DNA of 64,000 bases, from the NCBI GenBank assembly GCA_051251855.1, contig JBPOGI010000003.1:1-64000 (forward strand). The letters are read 5' to 3'. The notes beneath the pieces are model-generated. The model was given only the letters and a program-made list of their open reading frames with translations. It was not told the DNA's origin and did no database searches. Below, one piece after another: positions 1 to 5,921 of the stretch. Origin of the DNA: Roseibacillus sp. GTDB lineage: Bacteria; Verrucomicrobiota; Verrucomicrobiia; Verrucomicrobiales; Akkermansiaceae. Numbering within the stretch: the stretch's first letter is position 1; each line of letters starts with the position of its first letter. A program made the position numbers and the translations under genes.

Positions 1-67
1 CACTGCCTGCCACAGAATCCGAAGCTCCGAACTCGCTCACCGCTCCACAGCTATCACGCTATTTTCA
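1..67 (-). other. Cassette 12 (partial), member of the ORF-less repeat cassette family
   Basis: Matches 1277-1343 with 4 substitutions in 67 nt and abuts an attC core. Confidence 0.75.
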
Positions 68-196
68 GCAGAACGTTCCAGCACACCCAATCCGACCGAC
101 TCAGCGCACTTTCACTACTTCTATCACGTTCCCTCCTCTAGTCAATCCTCCGACTCACCAGCGCGGTCGGATTTGTGGTGCTGCGGCCGGTTATGC
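68..196 (-). repeat. attC site (type A, variant spacer)
   Basis: GCAGAAC 68-74 ... GTTATGC 190-196; arms cagcac/gtgctg and aatccgaccg/cggtcggatt. Confidence 0.92.
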
Positions 197-290
197 AGGT
201 AGAGCCATTACCGGTTGATAAAATACCGGTCGTTCTTACTGGACCGAATACTGTGCCTCGTCAGAACCACGAACCGAAACGCTGCCAGCC

Positions 291-330
291 AAAACCTGCC
301 AGAACCTGCCAGAACCTGCCAGAACCTGCC
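291..330. repeat. Tandem repeat (agaacctgcc) x4
   Basis: aaaacctgcc followed by three exact agaacctgcc. Confidence 0.97.
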
Positions 331-386
331 ACAGACTCTATCACTCCGAACTCGCTTACCTCACGCGCTACTAGCCACAGAATTCG

Positions 387-467
387 TCATGCTACCCTGT
401 CAATCTGCGCGACATCCGTCACATCAACTTCGTCAGCTACTGCAACGACTACAACGGTAGTTTCCAT
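387..467 (-). CDS. Possible 26-aa peptide METTVVVVAVADEVDVTDVAQIDRVA
   Basis: ATG one base after the cassette core, near where other cassette genes start; hand-translated to TGA at 389-387. Confidence 0.35.
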   Translation of the reverse strand: METTVVVVAVADEVDVTDVAQIDRVA

Positions 468-468
468 T

Positions 469-597
469 GCATAACGTTTTAGCACACCCAATCCGACCGA
501 CTCAGCGCACCTTCACTACTTCTACCACGCCCCCTCCTCCAGTCAAGCCTCCGACCCACCAGCGCGGTCGGATTTGTGGTGCTGCGTCTTGTTCGCC
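469..597 (-). repeat. attC site (type A)
   Basis: GCATAAC 469-475 ... GTTCGCC 591-597. Confidence 0.93.
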
Positions 598-610
598 CAT
601 TCTACTAGTT

Positions 611-973
611 TCACTGGGACATAAGTCCATCAAACGAAATAAGAACACCGCAAACGCAAATCGAGAGTAAAAGAAGAGCCCACGCAAGAGAAACAATCGT
701 AATTATGCGCAGATGATTAACCCCACAGCCCCGAAATAGAGCCACTACTAGCCATAGAAGGGGCAGTAATGGACAGATCCAAAAACCGGGAACTCCCGCC
801 ATAAACAACCTCGAAATCAAGGGCACATCGACACCACCTGTAAAATCCTCGTAAAAGTTACCGAATCGCGCACCTCCAAGAAAACAAAGGGACGATACAC
901 CGAGCGCCGTTAAAACGGCGGTCCACGCGCAAAAAGACCATACTCCAATAGCCATGTGATCTACTTTTCCCAT
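611..973 (-). CDS. Cassette 10: small membrane protein (about 3 hydrophobic segments)
   Basis: 120-aa ORF filling the cassette between GTTCGCC and GGCGAAC; ATG 6 nt after the core. Confidence 0.8.
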   Translation of the reverse strand: MGKVDHMAIGVWSFCAWTAVLTALGVSSLCFLGGARFGNFYEDFTGGVDVPLISRLFMAGVPGFWICPLLPLLWLVVALFRGCGVNHLRIITIVSLAWALLLLSICVCGVLISFDGLMSQ

Positions 974-979
974 TTTTCT

Positions 980-1108
980 GGCGAACGTTTGAGCACACCC
1001 AATCCGACCGACTCAGCGCACTTTCATTAGTTCTATCACTTCCCCTCCTCCAGTCAAGCCTCCGACCCACCAGCGCGGTCGGATTTGGCGTGCTGCGTCT
1101 TGTTCTGC
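980..1108 (-). repeat. attC site (type A)
   Basis: GGCGAAC 980-986 ... GTTCTGC 1102-1108. Confidence 0.93.
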
Positions 1109-1343
1109 ATCTTATTCACCGAACCGGTTCCGTGGACTTGCAGACCGCGATTGTTCGTCTTCGCAGCCCCGTCAAAACTTCGAATCATCAGTAAACAGAG
1201 ACTCCGTTACCTCGAACTCGCCATTTCATCCACTGCCAGCCACAGACTCCATCACCTCGAACTCGCCCACCTCACGCACTGCCAGCCACAGAATCCGATG
1301 CTCCGAACTCGCTCACCGCACCACAGCTACCACGCTATTTTCA
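1109..1343 (-). other. Cassette 9: ORF-less cassette with three ~45-bp internal repeats
   Basis: Cores GTTCTGC/GCAGAAC; cgaactcgc at 1213, 1258, 1304; no long minus-strand ORF. Confidence 0.85.
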
Positions 1344-1472
1344 GCAGAACGTTCCAGCACACCCAATCCGACCGTCTCAGCGCGCTTTCAATACTTCTAC
1401 CACGCTCCCTCCTCCAGTCAAGCCTTCGACCCACCAGCGCGGTCGGATTTGTGGTGCTGCGTCTTGTTCTGC
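1344..1472 (-). repeat. attC site (type A)
   Basis: GCAGAAC 1344-1350 ... GTTCTGC 1466-1472. Confidence 0.93.
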
Positions 1473-1487
1473 CTAGTTCGTCCTGTG

Positions 1488-1949
1488 CTACTTTAATTCA
1501 AGGCTTCGAACCAGCAACTCTGCCGTTTCGCCCTCGATAATGCTCCATCTGTCGTGGTAGACGCCTACGACATCCTGTAACTCGTCTTCGGATAGTGCCA
1601 TATTTTGGTGAGCTAGATAGATTCGTGGCGAGCCAGTTGCAATACTGTTCAGAAGAAGTCTCCATCCCGTTCCGCTTGAAGCCACCTTATACTCCAACCT
1701 CGTCACACTCTCGCTCACAGGAAGAGCAAGCAAATAATCTGGCACCAAATCTCCAAGCTCTGACGGGGGTGAGTCATTGTCTACTTCATACTCGTCCAAA
1801 GCCTTGAGAACCGTCCAGTACGAACTGTGAATCTCATCTTCGACTGTAAACGCTCTGAACAGTTGATAGGTATTCCAGCCAATCACCGATCCACAGACGA
1901 GCACAAATGTGAGCGCTGAAGCTATAATCTGCCTACGAGTCATAGTCAT
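1488..1949 (-). CDS. Cassette 8: membrane-anchored protein with a pilin/pseudopilin-like segment
   Basis: N-terminal hydrophobic helix then ALDEYEVDNDSPPSELGDLVPDYL, reminiscent of GspG-like proteins; start moved to the ATG just after the core. Confidence 0.7.
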   Translation of the reverse strand: MTMTRRQIIASALTFVLVCGSVIGWNTYQLFRAFTVEDEIHSSYWTVLKALDEYEVDNDSPPSELGDLVPDYLLALPVSESVTRLEYKVASSGTGWRLLLNSIATGSPRIYLAHQNMALSEDELQDVVGVYHDRWSIIEGETAELLVRSLELK

Positions 1950-1956
1950 ATTTTTT

Positions 1957-2085
1957 GCAGAACGTTTCAGCACACCCAATCCGACCGTCTCAGCGCGCTT
2001 TCACTACTTCTACCACGTCCCCTCCTCCAGTCAAGCCTCCGACCCACTAGCGCGGTCGGATTTGTGGTGCTGCGTCTTGTTCGGC
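1957..2085 (-). repeat. attC site (type A; contains the stop codon of the upstream ORF)
   Basis: GCAGAAC 1957-1963 ... GTTCGGC 2079-2085. Confidence 0.93.
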
Positions 2086-2517
2086 CTTTCTGAGTGTTTC
2101 TCTGGTAGCCGTCCACAGTTCCATTCTTGATTCTCCATCTAGCTTAGCAAGTTGAATTCTCCCGATTAACGAAAACACTTCGGTGATCCCCATGAGAACG
2201 AGAAGAGTGATAGACACATGCGTCCAACCAATTTGATAGAGGGCGTATGCGATGTGGACTGTTCCGAAAACGAAAACAAAAGGTGACTTACGATTCATCT
2301 GCTCTCCGCATAGCGCAAAACCTTGCGGTGTGAGCACGAAGATAATTGACAGCACTTTGAGAGCAGCAAACGCAATGATTAGGGTAGATATAAGCGCTAG
2401 GGCCAAAACGGCACCGTGCTGCTCAGCTTTGTGAAGCCATATTAAAGCCTGAGGCAAAACGATAAAGAAAATCGCGACGGCCGCTCGAATAATCAGTGGC
2501 CTTTGTCTCTTCTTCAT
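2047..2517 (-). CDS. Cassette 7: membrane protein (about 4 TM), C-terminus runs into attC
   Basis: 156-aa ORF; last residues AEQDAAPQIRPR are encoded by attC. Confidence 0.8.
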   Translation of the reverse strand: MKKRQRPLIIRAAVAIFFIVLPQALIWLHKAEQHGAVLALALISTLIIAFAALKVLSIIFVLTPQGFALCGEQMNRKSPFVFVFGTVHIAYALYQIGWTHVSITLLVLMGITEVFSLIGRIQLAKLDGESRMELWTATRETLRKAEQDAAPQIRPR

Positions 2518-2524
2518 TTTTTCA

Positions 2525-2658
2525 GCCGAACGCCGAGCACACCCAATCTGACCACGAAATCAAACGATGATGAAAAACCAAAACGACACCACCGAAGAAG
2601 CAAAACCCCAAGCCAACTCGCCAGCGGGTCAGATTTGTGGTGCTGCGTCTTGTTCTAC
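2525..2658 (-). repeat. attC site (divergent type C with an A-rich, apparently coding loop)
   Basis: GCCGAAC 2525-2531 ... GTTCTAC 2652-2658; compensatory arms aatctgacc/ggtcagatt. Confidence 0.88.
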
Positions 2659-2842
2659 GTCTGAGCAGAGACCACTGCGAGACGTGACTGTTGCACGCTT
2701 GCTCTCGGACTATTCAAAGGCTCTTGCTGATTTGGAAGAAGACCACGGAATCCAAGTGGATTGGCCACCAGAAACCTACGCGCTAATGTTGGATTTGGAA
2801 CTCCAACTCGGACGACTAAAAGCGATTGTTCCTTTTCCGTAG
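2567..2842 (+). CDS. Cassette 6: inverted 91-aa hypothetical protein starting inside attC
   Basis: ATG ATG in A-rich context in the attC loop; TAG inside core GTAGAAC; helical, protein-like C-terminal part. Confidence 0.65.
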   Translation: MMKNQNDTTEEAKPQANSPAGQICGAASCSTSEQRPLRDVTVARLLSDYSKALADLEEDHGIQVDWPPETYALMLDLELQLGRLKAIVPFP

Positions 2843-2966
2843 AACGTTTCAGCACACCCAGACCGTCCGCCTCAGCACGCTTTCAATACTTCTATCACGC
2901 TCAAATCTCCTGTCAATAAGTCAGCAACGAGAGCGGTCGGTCTTGCGGTGCTGCGTCTTGTTCTGC
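2839..2966 (-). repeat. attC site (type B)
   Basis: GTAGAAC 2839-2845 ... GTTCTGC 2960-2966; interior matches 3394-3507. Confidence 0.92.
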
Positions 2967-2975
2967 ACGGATTGA

Positions 2976-3371
2976 TTATCCAGTGACAGCGATTCTTTCT
3001 AGCTCGTCCCAGAGGACCTCGTAATTCTCGAAAATGATTCTGTCCTGCTCCGGTATTACGCTCTGCGGATCAGTCAGAGTCATCCAGTCATCCCAAGTGC
3101 CACAATACCCCACCGGAGCACTTCTTGTAATTTCCTCAATTCTCTTAACAGCTTTGGCGAGCACATCCTTATTGAGCTTCGTCAGGATGTTCTCTAAAGC
3201 GACGAGGTCATCCCATGCAGGTGAGATATTGTAGAGAAATCCTGATAGACCCCCGTTCTCGAATTCGCAGAGAAATCTGTAGACGTGGAATATTCTGGTA
3301 GCTTCCTCGTCTAGCGCTTCTCGGCCAGAGTTGGCCTCGAGTTCAAGAACTTCTTGGCAGGTATCGAGCAT
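2976..3371 (-). CDS. Cassette 5: DUF4375/DMP19-like protein
   Basis: Acidic 131-aa protein with EFENGGLSGFLYN, matching the E-x-x-NGG-x-x-x-F-x-x-N motif. Confidence 0.7.
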   Translation of the reverse strand: MLDTCQEVLELEANSGREALDEEATRIFHVYRFLCEFENGGLSGFLYNISPAWDDLVALENILTKLNKDVLAKAVKRIEEITRSAPVGYCGTWDDWMTLTDPQSVIPEQDRIIFENYEVLWDELERIAVTG

Positions 3372-3386
3372 CTTTGGAATTTTTCA

Positions 3387-3514
3387 GCAGAACGTTTCAG
3401 CACACCCAGACCGTCCGCCTCAGCACGCTTTCAATACTTCTATCACGCTCAAATCTCCTGTCAATAAGTCAGCAACGAGAGCGGTCGGTCTTGCGGTGCT
3501 GCGTCTTGTTATGC
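3387..3514 (-). repeat. attC site (type B)
   Basis: GCAGAAC 3387-3393 ... GTTATGC 3508-3514. Confidence 0.92.
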
Positions 3515-3579
3515 CTTTCTGGTATCCTCGCCGCTTTTGATAGCCTGTAAATATCTACAGTAACTTTGGCGTTTTTCCA

Positions 3580-3879
3580 CTACATCTCAGCGTCTCGAAC
3601 CTCACGTCCAAGAGCCAGTGACAATCTGGAACAAATGAGACTCAACCAACCACACCAAAGAGGTGTCTCGATCACTCCTTCGCAAAGCAATCCACTTGGT
3701 TCGATAGAAACACAGATGAAACGGGAAGCCCCTTCCTCTCCAAACCAACTGGGACAAGAGCCACCGACCGGTGCAACATAGCCTTCAATTGAGCGATAAA
3801 CTTCTTCAACCTTGAGCCACTCAGCCTCTGGAAGGTCATACGGCAGGTTTAGAGTTATCGAGTGTCGCTCAGGATTCAT
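3580..3879 (-). CDS. Cassette 4: hypothetical protein
   Basis: 99-aa ORF, ATG 6 nt after the core. Confidence 0.8.
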   Translation of the reverse strand: MNPERHSITLNLPYDLPEAEWLKVEEVYRSIEGYVAPVGGSCPSWFGEEGASRFICVSIEPSGLLCEGVIETPLWCGWLSLICSRLSLALGREVRDAEM

Positions 3880-3885
3880 ATTTTA

Positions 3886-4014
3886 GCATAACGTTTCAGC
3901 ACACCCAATCCGACCGTCTGAGCGCACTTTCACTACTTCTACCACGTTCCCTCCTCCAGTCAAGCCTCCGACCCACCTGCGCGGTCGGATTTGTGGTGCT
4001 GCGTCTTGTTCGGC
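3886..4014 (-). repeat. attC site (type A)
   Basis: GCATAAC 3886-3892 ... GTTCGGC 4008-4014. Confidence 0.93.
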
Positions 4015-4131
4015 ATGCCTTGGTCTTCAGAGGTTTGGTGACTTTAAATAATTCGTAAGCATCAACCCACTATGTCGACTCAAACTACGTGGATATCGTC
4101 ACCGTCCTATCCTGTTCGGCCCGTTCAATCA

Positions 4132-4386
4132 TTACTCTTGCGCGGCTGCTTCCGATTTATAGGACCTGATTGCTATCCCCAAGGCGACTCCAAAGAGAGG
4201 GACTGATGCAATCAATATCGTGCACATCAAATCAACTTGTTCCACGAGATTCTGGAGACCATCAGGCCCTCCTCCATCTAGTCCGAGAATCTCTGTTTGA
4301 GCATCTCTAACTAAACCTGCCAGCCAAAAATAGGCGAAAACCAAAGCTATTAGAGTAACAATGAGCAACCTGATTACGTATTTCAT
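4132..4386 (-). CDS. Cassette 3: small 2-TM membrane protein
   Basis: 84 aa from MKYVIRLL; two hydrophobic helices. Confidence 0.78.
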   Translation of the reverse strand: MKYVIRLLIVTLIALVFAYFWLAGLVRDAQTEILGLDGGGPDGLQNLVEQVDLMCTILIASVPLFGVALGIAIRSYKSEAAAQE

Positions 4387-4402
4387 TTTCTCAGTTTTTT
4401 CT

Positions 4403-4531
4403 GCCGAACGTTTCAGCACACCCAATCCGACCGTCTCAGCGCGCTTTCACTACTTCTACCACGTTCCCTCCTCCAGTCAAGCCTCCGATCCACCAGCGCG
4501 GTCGGATTTGTGGTGCTGCGTCTTGTTCTGC
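4403..4531 (-). repeat. attC site (type A)
   Basis: GCCGAAC 4403-4409 ... GTTCTGC 4525-4531. Confidence 0.93.
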
Positions 4532-4547
4532 ACTCCTAGCGCCTCGA

Positions 4548-5171
4548 TTACTTGGCTGATTCTGAGCCGTCTACTATTGGCTCTCGCTCCTTGGCCAAAA
4601 TATCAAAGAGGGAACGGAGATGAGTAAGAGAATCTTCGTCGAGCTGCTTATCGTCGTCAGAGAAATCAGAGCCTGGAAGCGCAAATGAAAGCTTCTTCAG
4701 AAGAACTAGTGGCGCATTTCGCCCCTCACTAAGGTTCTCTGCCGACTCTCTTGCTCCCTCGTAACAGAATACCTTCAGCATTCCTCCTCTTAGAAAGTAG
4801 TCCACAACTGCTGGCTTATTGCTAGCTCCGCCATTCCAGATCCAGCGCACTCGTTCTACAGAAGCCCCGTTTGAAAAGAAAAAGTAGAAGTGTCCGCTTG
4901 AACCGTCCTCGAATTCCTCAGCACTAGCGTTCCATTCGGGAAGCGATTCCGGCTTGCCACTCCAAAGTGGAGACGCCTCTTCAGTCCAATGAGGCTCAAC
5001 TGCGGCTTTTATCCCGTTCTGTTCAAGAAATCTACGGTAAACAGATTCGTCGAGATAGTAGGAGAGCAGTTCTCCGGTATCCAGCTCGCTATCGAGCACC
5101 GTCTCGGAGTAACACTCCATCGAGGCAGTGGCTAACAATGGAGCTATTATGCAAATGGATAAGGGCCTCAT
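4548..5171 (-). CDS. Cassette 2: exported hypothetical protein
   Basis: 207-aa ORF with a signal-peptide-like N-terminus filling the cassette. Confidence 0.8.
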   Translation of the reverse strand: MRPLSICIIAPLLATASMECYSETVLDSELDTGELLSYYLDESVYRRFLEQNGIKAAVEPHWTEEASPLWSGKPESLPEWNASAEEFEDGSSGHFYFFFSNGASVERVRWIWNGGASNKPAVVDYFLRGGMLKVFCYEGARESAENLSEGRNAPLVLLKKLSFALPGSDFSDDDKQLDEDSLTHLRSLFDILAKEREPIVDGSESAK

Positions 5172-5177
5172 TTTTCA

Positions 5178-5306
5178 GCAGAACGTTTCAGCACACCCAA
5201 TCCGACCGTCTCAGCGCGCTTTCGCTACTTCTATCACGTTCCCTTCTCCAGTCAAGCCTCCGACCCACCAGCGCGGTCGGATTTGTGGTGCTGCGTCTTG
5301 TTCGCC
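5178..5306 (-). repeat. attC site (type A)
   Basis: GCAGAAC 5178-5184 ... GTTCGCC 5300-5306. Confidence 0.93.
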
Positions 5307-5312
5307 CAACAT

Positions 5313-5774
5313 TCAGCCTTCAGCGGCCTCTTCCTTCGCTGAGAGAAGTCGGCCCTCAACCCAAGCAGAATACCTCTCGAATATATCGGCATCCTCATCA
5401 ATTGCCTCACCATTGGCGATTTGGCCAAAGTTGTAGCAACCCGTCCACGCGATCACGTATTCCCCTTCGGAATCCCTTGTTTCGGTGTCGAAGAATACAA
5501 CACCCGCGTCGTTCCAATCGTTCAGGATGACGTAGCGGTTCGGCAGAAACATAGATTTACGGCATCTGAGCGTCGCTTCGACTGAATCCGCCAAACTATC
5601 AACCCCAGCCGAGAAAGAATATCCGACCTTGGTAAGAAGCCATGTCATCGTGGGAGGCAACCTACAACCAAGAGAAGCTTCTGCCGCTGCGATGGTTCCA
5701 GCGTCTTCAGGAGCAACACCCTCAAACCACTCTGAATTCTCCGAAACGAAATTCTTAAATTGCGGTAGAGTCAT
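5313..5774 (-). CDS. Cassette 1: SMI1/KNR4 (SUKH) family immunity-like protein
   Basis: IAAAEASLGCRLPPTMTWLL...G matches the SUKH N-terminal E-x-x-LG-x-x-LP pattern; C-terminal F-x-x-Y-x-x-W. Confidence 0.8.
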   Translation of the reverse strand: MTLPQFKNFVSENSEWFEGVAPEDAGTIAAAEASLGCRLPPTMTWLLTKVGYSFSAGVDSLADSVEATLRCRKSMFLPNRYVILNDWNDAGVVFFDTETRDSEGEYVIAWTGCYNFGQIANGEAIDEDADIFERYSAWVEGRLLSAKEEAAEG

Positions 5775-5780
5775 TTTTCA

Positions 5781-5865
5781 GGCGAACGTTAATTATACGG
5801 AGTCAGCACTAATGTCAATCAGGCGGAATGCGGACTAATGGAATTAGACTGATGCAGCCTAATCG
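5781..5865 (-). other. attI-like primary recombination site
   Basis: Core GGCGAAC 5781-5787 complementary to GTTCGCC 5300-5306, with no attC arm beyond it; lies between first cassette and intI; repeated ctaat motifs. Confidence 0.8.
5792..5818 (-). promoter_or_regulatory. Candidate Pc cassette promoter TTGACA-N15-TATAAT
   Basis: Both hexamers are perfect consensus on the minus strand (5818-5813, 5797-5792); spacer is short. Confidence 0.6.
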
Positions 5866-5921
5866 CGGTTTGGATGCTTGGAAGTGACTTTTTCGCGATA
5901 TTACCGCTCCTAAAGCTTGGT

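Larger units (their letters stand above)
197..468 (-). other. Cassette 11: largely non-coding, with a 10-bp tandem repeat and ~45-bp repeat units
   Basis: Bounded by complementary cores GTTATGC/GCATAAC; no minus-strand ORF of 60 aa or more. Confidence 0.8.

Noticed and set aside
2655..2855. Minus-strand 66-aa ORF as the gene of cassette 6
   Set aside because: It ends in the core, but its start lies in the neighbouring attC, it has no ATG inside the cassette and it looks less protein-like than the + frame; not fully excluded
1950..4425. MGVLKRSA N-terminal extensions on the ORFs ending at 1488 and 4132
   Set aside because: The TTG start lies in the neighbouring attC; the in-cassette ATG after the A-run is preferred
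68..5306. CRISPR array
   Set aside because: Repeats are ~129 bp with gene-sized inserts, an integron integrase is adjacent and there are no cas genes; these are attC sites
175..5530. Plus-strand ORFs crossing attC sites (175-474, 467-670, 1085-1540, 1909-2130, 4361-4627, 4967-5530, 5128-5436)
   Set aside because: They span cassette junctions and are mostly translations of the repeat, so they would break on shuffling, unlike the self-contained 2567-2842
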